Source: Lachnospiraceae bacterium
GTDB lineage: Bacteria > Bacillota > Clostridia > Lachnospirales > Lachnospiraceae
Length of the DNA stretch: 64,000 bases
Direction of reading: 5' to 3'
Assembly: GCA_017439675.1 (NCBI GenBank)
Contig: JAFSIQ010000007.1
Span: forward strand, 20,310-84,309
Each line of letters begins with the position of its first letter. The first letter of the stretch is position 1. The notes beneath the pieces are model-generated. The model was not told the DNA's origin, made no database searches, and saw nothing but the letters and a program-made list of their open reading frames with translations. Positions 45,788 to 55,844 of this stretch are shown in pieces. The translations under genes were made by a program, and so were the position numbers.

Positions 45788-48115
45788 ATGAAGAGAAGAG
45801 TATTAAGTATGATTTTAACAATTGTTATGGTGTGTAGTTTATTACCAGCTACAGCTTATGCAGCAACAACAATTTCTACAGTTGCCATAACAGGTGTAGA
45901 TGTGCCAGTAGCAGGAGCTAAACCGGATTACACAGCTATTACAGGGATTGGATACAACCCAACGAATAAGTTTGATGAAGCAGGAAAGAAAGTGTCTGGT
46001 GTATCTTGGTACAATGTAACAGATGGTGACACACTAATGTCAACAAACGATACATTCATTAAAGGCAAAGAATATAAAGTTGCAATTGCATTACAGGTGG
46101 CAGATGGGTATGAGTTTTCTGCCGATGATAATTATACACCCAAAACGAGCGCAACGGTGAACGGAAACAGTGCAGGTAAGGGAATCCTTATTAGTGGTTA
46201 TAGTGCGAAAAATATTATTACAGTGAATTACACATTTGGGAAGTGTGATTATGCGAGAATAGATGAAGTGGCTGTTACAGGTATGGATGTGCCAGTAGTT
46301 GGGGAAACGCCGGATAAAGAGGTTCAAGTGGATGATGATGCGAAATATTCTGTTGACGAAGTATTGTGGTATGACGTGACAGAAGGAGAAACTATGTTAA
46401 CGGGCGCTGCTGTTTTTGAGGCAAATCGTCAATATAAGGTGCAAGTTATGCTTGAGGTGGAGGACGAAGATATATATAGATTTAAAACAGATACTGGTGA
46501 TGAAGAGGGTTCTCCTGAGGTTACTGGTAAGATTAATGGTCTTGATGCAATGACCGTGTCTACACAAGGGGATACTGTTGTAACCATTGAATATGAATTT
46601 AGCTGTAATGGAGCAGAAATTGCAACAATATCGGTAGGTGGAATCGATGAACCGATAGAGGGAGCATTTCCTGATTTCACCCCATCTTATGGTGCTGGCG
46701 GATATACCTATTATGAGGGATACGAAAATGGAATTGAGTGGATTGAAGATGATGACCAGACTATGGAAGCAGGAGTAGACAAATTTCGTGGTGGGCATAA
46801 ATACAAAGTATATGTAAGAATAGTTGCAAAAGAAGGATATAGCTTCAATGTGGATTCAGGAACCTTGAACGGAGAAAATGTATCAGTTTCATATACCACT
46901 GTAAATGGGACGAGAATAGCACTTCTTATTAAGGAGTTTACCTGTATAGGAAATATTTCAAGTGTGGATTTAACCATCCCACAACCAGTGGATGGTAATG
47001 CGCCTTACACTACGCAGATTGTAGAGGAAAAATATTGCAGTCTTGGAACCAATGGAACTACATTTAAGAATGGATTTAAGTGGCATGATGACAATGCAGA
47101 TCAATATATGGATTTGACTGGTACAAGCACCTTCAAAGAGGGGAATAAATATACAGTAACGATCACATTGAACAAAAATGAAGGATTCAAGTTTTTAGAG
47201 AGTACTACAGCCAAAGTAAACGGAAAAAGTGCAAAATGCACATATGCTAGTTCCTCGAACATAACAGTCCAATATACCTTTACAGCATCACATAAATGTA
47301 ACTCAGTTTTGGTAGAAAAGGTAGATGCAACCTGTACCACCGACGGTAAACAGGCATACTATCACTGTGAGAAATGTAGTAAGAATTATGAAGATGAAGC
47401 AGGAACAAAGGAAATTGCAGATATCACTACTTGGGGAATTATCAAAGCAACAGGTCACACCATTGAGATTCAGAATAAGAAGGATGCAACGGAGACAGAA
47501 GCTGGATATACAGGAGATGAGTATTGTACTGTCTGTAAGCAGGTTATTACCAAAGGTAGCGAAATACCGAAGGTAGAGCCAACTACACCAGAACCTGCTA
47601 CAAAGGGAACAACACTCACTGATAAAGAAACCAATGAAAAGTATGTAGTGACAAAGTCGGATGTAACCAATGGTACGGTAGCATTTTCTAAACCACAGAA
47701 TAAAAAGGTAAAGAGCGTTAAGATTCCGGATGCAGTAACCATTGATGGCGTTACTTATAAGGTTACAAGTATTCAGAAAAATGCATTTAGCGGTTGTACC
47801 AAACTAACTTCTGCAACAATAGGAAAGAATGTAACCACTATAGGAGATAAAGCTTTTTATAATTGTAAGTCATTGAAGTCCATTACCATTCCAGCAACAG
47901 TGAACAAAATTGGCACGTCAGCATTTGAGGGATGTAAGAAGTTGAAAACGATTAAAATTAAGACTACGAAGTTGACTAGTAAAAAGGTTGGTAACAAGGC
48001 ATTTAAAGGAACACCAGCAAATGCAAAGGTGACAGTTCCTAAGAAATCGTTAAAGAGTTATAAGAAGTTTCTTTATAAGAAAGGACTGAATAAGAAAGCT
48101 AAGATTAAGAAATAA
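45788..48115 (+). CDS. secreted multi-repeat surface protein with Cys-rich module and BspA-type leucine-rich repeats
   Basis: GGAGG precedes ATG 45788. Signal peptide MKRRVLSMILTIVMVCSLLPATAYA. Four divergent ~115-aa repeats, a CxxxxxxxxxxCxxC...CxxC module, LRRs (FSGCTKLTSATIGKNVTTIGDKAFYNCKSLKSITIP...), and a Lys-rich tail. No LPXTG seen. Confidence 0.8.
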   Translation: MKRRVLSMILTIVMVCSLLPATAYAATTISTVAITGVDVPVAGAKPDYTAITGIGYNPTNKFDEAGKKVSGVSWYNVTDGDTLMSTNDTFIKGKEYKVAIALQVADGYEFSADDNYTPKTSATVNGNSAGKGILISGYSAKNIITVNYTFGKCDYARIDEVAVTGMDVPVVGETPDKEVQVDDDAKYSVDEVLWYDVTEGETMLTGAAVFEANRQYKVQVMLEVEDEDIYRFKTDTGDEEGSPEVTGKINGLDAMTVSTQGDTVVTIEYEFSCNGAEIATISVGGIDEPIEGAFPDFTPSYGAGGYTYYEGYENGIEWIEDDDQTMEAGVDKFRGGHKYKVYVRIVAKEGYSFNVDSGTLNGENVSVSYTTVNGTRIALLIKEFTCIGNISSVDLTIPQPVDGNAPYTTQIVEEKYCSLGTNGTTFKNGFKWHDDNADQYMDLTGTSTFKEGNKYTVTITLNKNEGFKFLESTTAKVNGKSAKCTYASSSNITVQYTFTASHKCNSVLVEKVDATCTTDGKQAYYHCEKCSKNYEDEAGTKEIADITTWGIIKATGHTIEIQNKKDATETEAGYTGDEYCTVCKQVITKGSEIPKVEPTTPEPATKGTTLTDKETNEKYVVTKSDVTNGTVAFSKPQNKKVKSVKIPDAVTIDGVTYKVTSIQKNAFSGCTKLTSATIGKNVTTIGDKAFYNCKSLKSITIPATVNKIGTSAFEGCKKLKTIKIKTTKLTSKKVGNKAFKGTPANAKVTVPKKSLKSYKKFLYKKGLNKKAKIKK

Positions 48116-48133
48116 CGAAGGTAAATCATTAAC

Positions 48134-48167
48134 AGGGCGGTTCTTGTGAACCGCTCTTGTTTTGTTT
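48134..48167 (+). terminator. rho-independent terminator
   Basis: AGGGCGGTTC pairs with GAACCGCTCT, 4-nt loop, T-rich tail. Confidence 0.75.
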
Positions 48168-48244
48168 ATGAGAAAAGGGTATAATGCAGAAGGTGTATAG
48201 TCCTAGCGTATTGTTTAATATAAAGGAATTTGGAGTGAGTTTGA

Positions 48245-49015
48245 GTGAAGAAAGGAAAAGCAACTTTGTTGACCAATATATTTCTGGTAATCGGAATATT
48301 GTGTTTATTATATTTTTTAATGTACGCAATATTTGTAGACTTGACCAATGTATTTACTTATTTTTGGTTGATTGTAGGATTAGTGTTTGTGCTCGTAAAA
48401 CCAATATTAAAGTATATGATAGCAAAGCAGATTGTGATACCAGTAGGAGTGAGGTGGACTGGCGGCATTTTAATTGCCATTCTACTCCTAATATTCATAG
48501 TGACAGAATGTGTCATTGTCAGTTATGGTAGTAAAACCCCGCAGCGGGATGCAGATTATGTATTAGTTCTTGGTGCTCAGGTGAAGGGGAGGAATCTTAC
48601 CTATGCGCTACAGGCGCGGCTAGATACTGCTTATGAGTATGCTGTAGATAATCCAGATTCTATAGTAATTGTTTCTGGCGGACAAGGACCTGGCGAGGAT
48701 GTAACGGAAGCCTATGCCATGGCGGAGTATTTGAAGTTAAAGGGTTTGGACGATAGCCGTCTGATATTAGAAGACCAATCTACCAATACCCATGAGAATA
48801 TTGAATTTAGTAAAAGGTTAATGGATAGCACAGATACCAAGGTGGTTTTGGTGACAAATCATTTTCACGTTTACCGGGGAGTTGGTGTGGCAAAGAAACA
48901 GGGACTTGCCAATGTAGAGGGTTTAGGTGCACCGACAAAATGGTACACCATACCCAACCAGTATGTGAGGGAAGCTTTTGCGGTAGTTAAGTACAAGCTA
49001 TTTGGACAAATATAA
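48245..49015 (+). CDS. YdcF/ElyC/SanA (DUF218) family membrane-anchored protein
   Basis: GTG start. TM helices followed by [10 protein letters not shown]..., [37 protein letters not shown]. Confidence 0.8.
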   Translation: MKKGKATLLTNIFLVIGILCLLYFLMYAIFVDLTNVFTYFWLIVGLVFVLVKPILKYMIAKQIVIPVGVRWTGGILIAILLLIFIVTECVIVSYGSKTPQRDADYVLVLGAQVKGRNLTYALQARLDTAYEYAVDNPDSIVIVSGGQGPGEDVTEAYAMAEYLKLKGLDDSRLILEDQSTNTHENIEFSKRLMDSTDTKVVLVTNHFHVYRGVGVAKKQGLANVEGLGAPTKWYTIPNQYVREAFAVVKYKLFGQI

Positions 49016-49118
49016 GGTTTTAAAGAATATTGTAGTAAATGTAGGTAAAAAGATGAAGACCACCTACTTTTACTTAAATGGTGATAAAGATAGCAATAAG
49101 AATAGGACGGATGAAATT

Positions 49119-50153
49119 ATGAAATTGAGTGATTTTTACTATGATTTACCAGAAGAATTGATTGCACAGGACCCATTGGAGCAGAGGAGTGATTCCAAGC
49201 TCATGGTAATTGGAAGGGAAGATGGAAGCATCGAACATAAGTATTTTTATGATATTTTAGATTATGTAAACCCAGGGGATTGCCTGGTAATCAATGATAC
49301 TAAAGTAATTCCAGCTCGTTTGATGGGTGTGAAGGAAGATACAGGGGCATCTATTGAAGTGCTTTTGTTAAAACGCAAGGAAGAAAAGGTTTGGGAAACC
49401 CTTGTAAAGCCCGGTAAAAAAATGAAACCTGGCGCAAGAGTATCCTTTGGCGAGGGCTTGATTGTAGGAGAGGTCATTGACGTAGTAGAGGAAGGTAATC
49501 GTTTGATTCGTTTCGAGTACGAAGGAATTTGGGAAGAGTTGCTAGATCAGCTCGGTCAGATGCCATTGCCACCATACATTACACATCAGTTGAAGGATAG
49601 AAATCGTTATCAAACTGTGTATGCAAAGCATGATGGTTCGGCGGCAGCTCCAACGGCAGGCTTGCACTTTACAAAGGAGCTATTGCAGAAGCTAGAGGAC
49701 AAGGGTGTGGAGATTGCCCATGTATGCCTCCATGTGGGACTTGGAACTTTCCGTCCGGTTAAGGTGGATAACATTCTTGAACATCATATGCATTCAGAGT
49801 TTTATATGGTGGAAGAGGAGGAAGCTGCTAAAATCAATGCAGCAAAGGCAAGAGGTAATCAGGTAATATCTGTGGGAACCACCAGTACGAGAACCTTGGA
49901 GTCTGTTGCAGATGACAATGGAGTGGTTCATGCCGGAAGTGGCTGGACCGAGATTTTTATTTATCCAGGATATGAATTTAAGGTGGTGGATTCATTGATT
50001 ACGAATTTTCATTTGCCAGAGTCCACATTGCTTATGTTGGTGTCTGCATTTTCTACCAGAGAGAAAATGTTACATGCTTATGAGGTGGCTGTGAAGGAGA
50101 GATATCGTTTTTTTTCTTTTGGGGATGCTATGATTATTAAGAAAAGAAGTTGA
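49119..50153 (+). CDS. queA: S-adenosylmethionine:tRNA ribosyltransferase-isomerase
   Basis: Track ORF 49002..50153. The conserved QueA N-terminus [30 protein letters not shown] begins at ATG 49119. Confidence 0.9.
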   Translation: MKLSDFYYDLPEELIAQDPLEQRSDSKLMVIGREDGSIEHKYFYDILDYVNPGDCLVINDTKVIPARLMGVKEDTGASIEVLLLKRKEEKVWETLVKPGKKMKPGARVSFGEGLIVGEVIDVVEEGNRLIRFEYEGIWEELLDQLGQMPLPPYITHQLKDRNRYQTVYAKHDGSAAAPTAGLHFTKELLQKLEDKGVEIAHVCLHVGLGTFRPVKVDNILEHHMHSEFYMVEEEEAAKINAAKARGNQVISVGTTSTRTLESVADDNGVVHAGSGWTEIFIYPGYEFKVVDSLITNFHLPESTLLMLVSAFSTREKMLHAYEVAVKERYRFFSFGDAMIIKKRS

Positions 50154-50337
50154 CATAATCTTGGTGGTTAAAAGCTGTATATAGAAAGATTGTAAAAAGT
50201 TTAGATGGAATAATATAACAAAAAGCTAGTGAAATCAAGGCTTGCAACTGTTGGTTGACAAATTTCAAGGTAGACTTGGTGGAAGAAAATGGAGGTGAAA
50301 CTGTAGTATGGGAAAAAAACAAAAGGAGATGTTAAAC

Positions 50338-51390
50338 ATGAAGTTAGCAGAAAAGATTTACCAAGAGAGAAGAAAGTTAGGTTTATCCCAGGAGCAGTTT
50401 GCTGAGAGAATGGACATCAGCCGGCAGGCAGTTTCCAAGTGGGAGTCAGGACAGTCTATGCCGGATTTAGATAAGATTGTGGCTATGAGCCAGATTTTTG
50501 GTGTCTCTACAGATTATTTGTTAAAGGAAGATGAAAGTGTTTCAGAAGAAGTTGCAGGTGATGTGGAATCGGATATATATCAAGAAGTAGATGAAGAAGT
50601 AGCAATGAAATATGAAGAAAAGCCAGAAATGTTACAGGAACTTAGTGTGGATGAAATCAATTCATATAAGAAGACATATATATCATCCACGAAACATATT
50701 GCATTAGGTGTTTTTCTGTGCATTTTAGGTGCAGCATTCGTGGAATTAACAGAAGTATTATCCGTGTCGTTATTCTCAGTAAATGGAGAGACATTGGCAA
50801 GTTTTCCTATGTTAATCTGTGTAACCATTGCTGTTGCACTTTTTGTACCATCAGGTATGGTACTTAGCAAATATGAATATTTACAGAAGGTTCCATTTGT
50901 GTTACCACAAGGTGAAAAACAGAGGATAGAAGAGGAAATGGACAGTTTTCAACGTAAATTTGCAGTGGGAATTACAGTAGGAATTGTGTTAATCCTATTC
51001 GGTGTTTTATCTGGTGTAGGTATGGAATATGCTACAGAAGTAACGGGAAATGAAATCTGGGATGATTCTGTTTCTGGGATTATTTTATTGTTTTTTGTAG
51101 CTGTCGGAGTATATCTGTTTGTTCGCTGTGGAATGAAAATGGGAATGTACAATGTGTTGCTACAGAGAGAAGAATATAGCGTTTCAAGAAAGAAAAATGT
51201 AGATAAAAAGGATACCCTGATGGGATTGGTGGCAGGCGTATATTGGTGTTTAATCACTGCGCTATTCCTTGCGTATAGTTTTATTACACGTGACTGGGGA
51301 AGAAGCTGGATTATTTGGCCAGTAGCTGGTTGTGTTTTTGGTGCTATAGCAACATTTATTGCATTGTCCGAAAAGAAGGATAAGGAGTAA
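50338..51390 (+). CDS. XRE-family HTH protein fused to a multi-TM domain
   Basis: AAGGAG precedes ATG 50338. HTH_3-like LGLSQEQFAERMDISRQAVSKWESGQSMPDLDKIVAMSQIFGVSTDYLL, an acidic linker, then about 6 TM helices. Confidence 0.75.
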   Translation: MKLAEKIYQERRKLGLSQEQFAERMDISRQAVSKWESGQSMPDLDKIVAMSQIFGVSTDYLLKEDESVSEEVAGDVESDIYQEVDEEVAMKYEEKPEMLQELSVDEINSYKKTYISSTKHIALGVFLCILGAAFVELTEVLSVSLFSVNGETLASFPMLICVTIAVALFVPSGMVLSKYEYLQKVPFVLPQGEKQRIEEEMDSFQRKFAVGITVGIVLILFGVLSGVGMEYATEVTGNEIWDDSVSGIILLFFVAVGVYLFVRCGMKMGMYNVLLQREEYSVSRKKNVDKKDTLMGLVAGVYWCLITALFLAYSFITRDWGRSWIIWPVAGCVFGAIATFIALSEKKDKE

Positions 51391-51497
51391 ATGTTGAGCA
51401 ACCTGAAAAACTTGCTCAAGTGCCAAATGATTTTTACAAAATTTTATGATGAGAAGTGATTATCCGTCAGTGTTTGGTGATTGTGGAGGTAAATTCA

Positions 51498-51977
51498 ATG
51501 AAAAAGAAAACTAAGATAATCATAATTACAATAATCTGCATTGTTTTAGTAGGGTTTTTTGTTTTTATCGGAATGTATGTGACTGGAATGCGTATGTCTG
51601 GGGATTCTCCTTCGTCCGAGTTGTTAGAAAGTGAAACAACAGAAGATACAACGACGCTTTTAGAAGGCACTTATTACATGAGCTTGTCCGGCGAAGATTC
51701 TGCTATGTTAGCACCATGCCTGACAATTGATAAACATAAGCAATTTACATTTACATATGATTATTCTAGTTCTTATTTGAGTATGGGATTTTATTCTATT
51801 AAGGATGGTATTATGACAGCTAGAACCAGTGATGGTTTGTATGAATACCGATTTGAAGTTCGAGAGGATGGAACCTTGGCGTTCATACAAGAAGGTTCAG
51901 CAGATATTTCATATTATGACCATAAGGTGATGAGTGGCGTACAGGATGGTTCTGTCTTTATGAGAAAGAATAAATGA
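51498..51977 (+). CDS. membrane-anchored hypothetical protein
   Basis: GGAGG precedes ATG 51498. N-terminal anchor KIIIITIICIVLVGFFVFIGMYV followed by a ~110-aa domain. No family recognised. Confidence 0.55.
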   Translation: MKKKTKIIIITIICIVLVGFFVFIGMYVTGMRMSGDSPSSELLESETTEDTTTLLEGTYYMSLSGEDSAMLAPCLTIDKHKQFTFTYDYSSSYLSMGFYSIKDGIMTARTSDGLYEYRFEVREDGTLAFIQEGSADISYYDHKVMSGVQDGSVFMRKNK

Positions 51978-52007
51978 TATATACAAAAAGCATTACATTT
52001 TTACATA

Positions 52008-52212
52008 GACGATTGCGAAACTCATGAAAACCTATATTGAATTGTACGAGTTTAACAAATACCATAAGCAGGTACGTCGGGGTCCGTCAGCACTTAGCGA
52101 GACTTCGTCGAGCTTAGTACTGCTACGCACTCAGCCGTAGTGCGAACGTGCCTGCGTTGGTTTGTTAAACTTGTACAATGTTCACAATCTAAATTGGAGT
52201 TTCGCAATCGTC
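52008..52212. repeat. 205-nt imperfect palindrome with GC-rich core in a convergent intergenic gap
   Basis: 16-bp perfect outer stem (52008-52023 / 52197-52212), a 17x17-nt mismatch, then about 21 bp (52041-52063 / 52159-52179) and about 12 more bp (52066-52077 / 52146-52158) around a ~68-nt core. Confidence 0.7.
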
Positions 52213-52237
52213 AATTTGTTTCATTGTGAAAATTATT

Positions 52238-53521
52238 TTATCTCATCAGCATATCCAAATCCGAATAGAAGGTTGGATAGGAGATATTCACACATTCCGC
52301 ACCAAGGATTTCGGTGTTTCCATCCGCTAATCCGCCGGCAATGGCAAAGCTCATGGCGATGCGATGATCAAGTTTAGAATCAATGGTGGCACCGTGAAGG
52401 GTTTTGCCACCACGAATAATCATGCCATCTTCCGTTCCTTCGATATCTACGCCCATGGCTGACAAGTTGTTCACCATGACATCAATTCGGTTAGATTCCT
52501 TTACCTTCAATTCCTGAGCATCCTTAATTATGGTTGTTCCATTGGCAAACGCTGCCATAATAGCAATCACAGGAATTTCATCAATCAGTTTTGGAATAAT
52601 ATCGCCTTCTATGGTACATCCATGTAAGGAACTGGTACGGACTGTAATGTCTGCAACCGGTTCACCGATGTCGTCTTTTACATTGGAAAGCGTAATATCA
52701 GCTCCCATGTTCTTGCAAACAGTGAGAATACCATCTCTGGTTGGGTTGATGCCAACATTCTTAATTGTAATTTCTGAGTTTGGAGTAATTAGTCCGGCTA
52801 CAATAAAGTATGCTGCGGAGGAAATGTCCCCCGGCACTTCAATTCTCTGAGCAATCAATTCCTTTGCGGGAGTAACCGTAGCAGTGGTTCCCACTGATTG
52901 GATATCCACACCAAAGGATTCAAACATCAATTCTGTATGATTTCTAGATAGTGCAGGTTCGGTCACGCTAGTCTGTCCTTCTGCATAAAGACCTGCAAGT
53001 AAAATTGCGGATTTCACCTGAGCGGATGCAACGGGAGATTCATAGTGGATTCCCTGTAGATTGCCACCACTTATCTTAAATGGTGCACAATTATCCGTTT
53101 CTAGACTTTCAAACTTAGCTCCCATCATGGAAAGAGGAGTCATAATGCGTCCCATGGGACGTTTTCGGATAGAAGAATCTCCGTCTACAATAGAAGTAAA
53201 TGGTTGCGCTGCCAGAATACCGGACAGGAGTCGTGTGGTAGTTCCGCTGTTCCCAACATCTAAGATAGCTGTGGGTGCGGATAGCCCTCGCAAGCCGTTT
53301 CCGCGTATATGTACAGTATTGGTTGTTTTATCATTTTCAATTTCTATGCCCATTTTCTGAAAACAGGAGATAGAAGACAAGCAGTCAGCACCCTGTAAGA
53401 ATCCCGTTACTTCTGTGGTTCCCTTGGCAAGGGAACCTAGCATAATACTTCTGTGAGATATGGATTTGTCGCCGGGTACAGTGACTTCACCCTTCAATTT
53501 GTCAAAATGTTTCATTATCAT
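52238..53521 (-). CDS. aroA: 3-phosphoshikimate 1-carboxyvinyltransferase (EPSP synthase)
   Basis: Track ORF 52238..53542; start is probably ATG 53521 or 53515 (MKHFDKLKGEVTVPGDKSISHR). Motifs GNSGTTTRLLSG and KVKESNRI. Confidence 0.9.
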   Translation of the reverse strand: MIMKHFDKLKGEVTVPGDKSISHRSIMLGSLAKGTTEVTGFLQGADCLSSISCFQKMGIEIENDKTTNTVHIRGNGLRGLSAPTAILDVGNSGTTTRLLSGILAAQPFTSIVDGDSSIRKRPMGRIMTPLSMMGAKFESLETDNCAPFKISGGNLQGIHYESPVASAQVKSAILLAGLYAEGQTSVTEPALSRNHTELMFESFGVDIQSVGTTATVTPAKELIAQRIEVPGDISSAAYFIVAGLITPNSEITIKNVGINPTRDGILTVCKNMGADITLSNVKDDIGEPVADITVRTSSLHGCTIEGDIIPKLIDEIPVIAIMAAFANGTTIIKDAQELKVKESNRIDVMVNNLSAMGVDIEGTEDGMIIRGGKTLHGATIDSKLDHRIAMSFAIAGGLADGNTEILGAECVNISYPTFYSDLDMLMR

Positions 53522-53614
53522 AATTTCATGAATCCTTTCCATATTTGTTATGATGTATAGCCTATATCATCCCTGTGTGATAGGTTGAAAAACTTGGTTG
53601 TTGTAAGGTGCATA

Positions 53615-54718
53615 TTATCGCTCGTACACCTGATAATTCTTCTCACGAAGTAATGCAGCAGCGGCTACGGCAGATTCGTTATCGTAGAAGGAAAGACGAA
53701 GTACACCTTCGTTGTCCTCTCTATTGTGTGTGATACCGATATTCTTTAAGTTGATGCCGGCTTCACCTACATGAGAAATTGCCTTTGCTAGTGCATTTGC
53801 CTCGTCTGGAATATCTACATACACCTCGTAATTCATTCGGATAACGCCAGTTGCGTGCTCCGGGATAGAGTTGCGGTAATTCTTGGCACTGTCAAAAAAG
53901 GAATAGATTTCGCGCGCATTATCGGATTCGATAGCGTTAATCATGTTTTCTAATTGTTTAATAAAGACTTTGAGTCCGGCGGTTACATGCTCTGGATTAC
54001 TCAGTAAAATGTGTTCCCAAACCACAGGATTCGAGGATGCAATTCTTGTGATATCCTTAAAACCGCCCGCGGCTAATTGTTTCAACATGCCATTGTCATC
54101 TTCCTTAGATGCAACAAGGTTCACAAGGGAAGATGCAATCACGTGTGGGATATGGCTGATATAAGCCGTAATCTCATCGTGTCTTTCAGGGCTATATACA
54201 ATAGGGATAGCTCCCAAATCTTCTAAAAATGTTTTGAATTCTTCTATTTTGCAGTTATCTACGGTTGCAGATGGAGTAACAAAATAATAAGCATTTTCAA
54301 TTAAACGATCATTTGCAGCGTCATAGCCACTACGCTCAGAACCAACCATTGGATGTCCACCGATGAAGTAATCTGTTAAATGGTTATCTGCAATGGCGCG
54401 ATAAATGTCGCTTTTTACACTTCCCACATCTGTAAGAACACAAGATGGTTTCATAATCCGTTTCAAAATGGGAAGATAAGCGATATTGTAATGCACTGGC
54501 GCGCATAAGAAAATGTAATCGCAGTCTCCCATAGCTTCAATGGAAGTAACCGTTGTGGTTAATGTGCCATCTGTTAGTGCAGATGTTAATGCATTCTGGT
54601 CTACATCAAATCCTAATATTTCAGAATCTGGAAATATTCGTCTAATTGATTTTGCAATGGAACCACCGATTAAGCCTAAACCGATGAAACCGATGCGAAA
54701 GGTTGTTGTTTCATTCAT
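53615..54718 (-). CDS. tyrA: prephenate dehydrogenase with C-terminal ACT-like domain
   Basis: N-terminal Rossmann IGFIGLGLIGGSIAKS, HPMVGSE block, and a C-terminal ~70-aa regulatory-type domain. Confidence 0.85.
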   Translation of the reverse strand: MNETTTFRIGFIGLGLIGGSIAKSIRRIFPDSEILGFDVDQNALTSALTDGTLTTTVTSIEAMGDCDYIFLCAPVHYNIAYLPILKRIMKPSCVLTDVGSVKSDIYRAIADNHLTDYFIGGHPMVGSERSGYDAANDRLIENAYYFVTPSATVDNCKIEEFKTFLEDLGAIPIVYSPERHDEITAYISHIPHVIASSLVNLVASKEDDNGMLKQLAAGGFKDITRIASSNPVVWEHILLSNPEHVTAGLKVFIKQLENMINAIESDNAREIYSFFDSAKNYRNSIPEHATGVIRMNYEVYVDIPDEANALAKAISHVGEAGINLKNIGITHNREDNEGVLRLSFYDNESAVAAAALLREKNYQVYER

Positions 54719-54753
54719 AAAATATGTACCTCGATATCCTTACGTCTTGTTCT

Positions 54754-54782
54754 ATTTTAGTATGTGAATTAAAATGTGTCAA
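54754..54782 (-). promoter_or_regulatory. sigma-A-type promoter for tyrA-aroA (TTGACA-17-TAAAAT)
   Basis: Minus strand: TTGACA = complement of 54777-54782, TAAAAT = complement of 54754-54759. Confidence 0.5.
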
Positions 54783-54856
54783 CACTTTAAATTGCTAAAG
54801 CGTCGTGTGGACATGTTATCGTGCGATGAAGGGTTGAATTGTGAGGGGCTTATAGA

Positions 54857-55588
54857 TTATACACAAGTCTGTAATGCATGTAACTCCTCTTGTGTCAAGG
54901 CACGATGTTCACCTAATGCTAAGTCATCTGGCAAAGTAATTGGACCAAATGCGATTCGTTGTAGGTAAGTAATCTGCTTACCTACAGCTTGAAACATTCG
55001 TTTTACCTGATGAAATTTTCCTTCCTGAATGGTTATATGAACTCGTGAATAATTGGAGTGGTTGTCAGTTTCGAGAATTGTCAGTGTAGCAGGTAAGGCA
55101 ACATTTAAGTCTTCATCCCCAATTTCTAATCCATTTTTAAAGGCAACAATGTCTTCAGTGGTCACGATTCCTTCCACCACAGCGTAATAGGTTTTATCCA
55201 CATGTCGTTTTGGTGATAGAAGTCGATGAGATAGAGAACCGTCATTGGTAATTAAGAGAAGTCCTTCTGTGTCCTTGTCTAATCTGCCTACTGGGAACAA
55301 ATCCTTTCGGTTGCTTTCAATAAGCGTCAGTACAGTAGGTGCTGTATTGTCCTTGGTTGCACTGACATAACCGGCAGGCTTATTCAAAATGTAATATTCA
55401 AAATCATTGAGAATCACTGGTTCTCCATGGAAGGTAATCTGGTCTGTTTCTGTGGATACCTTAATGTCTGGTTTTGTGGCAAGGGTTCCATTGACGCAGA
55501 TAAATCCCTTTTTGATATATGCTTTTACCTCGGAACGAGTACCAATTCCGGCATCTGCTAGTAATTTATCTAACCGTAATAAACTCAT
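54857..55588 (-). CDS. RsuA/RluB-family pseudouridine synthase (S4 domain plus catalytic domain)
   Basis: The track ORF extends to 55765, but AGGAG plus ATG at 55588 gives MSLLRLDKLLADAGIGTRSE (S4). Catalytic motif GRLDKDTEGLLLITNDG. Confidence 0.85.
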   Translation of the reverse strand: MSLLRLDKLLADAGIGTRSEVKAYIKKGFICVNGTLATKPDIKVSTETDQITFHGEPVILNDFEYYILNKPAGYVSATKDNTAPTVLTLIESNRKDLFPVGRLDKDTEGLLLITNDGSLSHRLLSPKRHVDKTYYAVVEGIVTTEDIVAFKNGLEIGDEDLNVALPATLTILETDNHSNYSRVHITIQEGKFHQVKRMFQAVGKQITYLQRIAFGPITLPDDLALGEHRALTQEELHALQTCV

Positions 55589-55758
55589 ATAAATACTCCT
55601 GTTTCTTCTATAATATAGTGTAAAATGTATAATTGTTATGTTTGTTTTGTGCTTTTTATACAAATGTAAAGATATCTTAACATATTTATGTCGGAAATGA
55701 TACGCTATTTCATGTAAAAAAGTCGAAAAAAACCAACAAAGTGTGCAATTTGTAGGGG

Positions 55759-55787
55759 TTGACAATTATATTGTTAAATGTTATATT
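55759..55787 (+). promoter_or_regulatory. sigma-A-type promoter (TTGACA-17-TATATT, TGn)
   Basis: TTGACA 55759-55764, TG 55779-55780, TATATT 55782-55787. About 55 nt upstream of the SH3/3D gene. Confidence 0.6.
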
Positions 55788-55844
55788 ACACATGTAACAA
55801 GTTTGTAACATTTTGGTCCAAAGGATAATTCGGAGGATAATTGT

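Noticed and set aside
49002-49118. N-terminal 39-codon extension of queA in the ORF track
   Set aside because: The conserved QueA N-terminus ([17 protein letters not shown]) starts at ATG 49119. The extension overlaps the end of the DUF218 gene.
52162-52377. 71-aa + strand ORF overlapping the palindrome and the aroA 3' end
   Set aside because: It has no RBS, starts inside the inverted repeat, and is antisense to a well-supported aroA.
55589-55765. 59-codon N-terminal extension of the pseudouridine synthase ORF
   Set aside because: It is a Cys/Phe/His/Tyr-rich nonsense-like sequence lying over the divergent promoter region. AGGAG plus ATG at 55588 gives the canonical S4-domain start.
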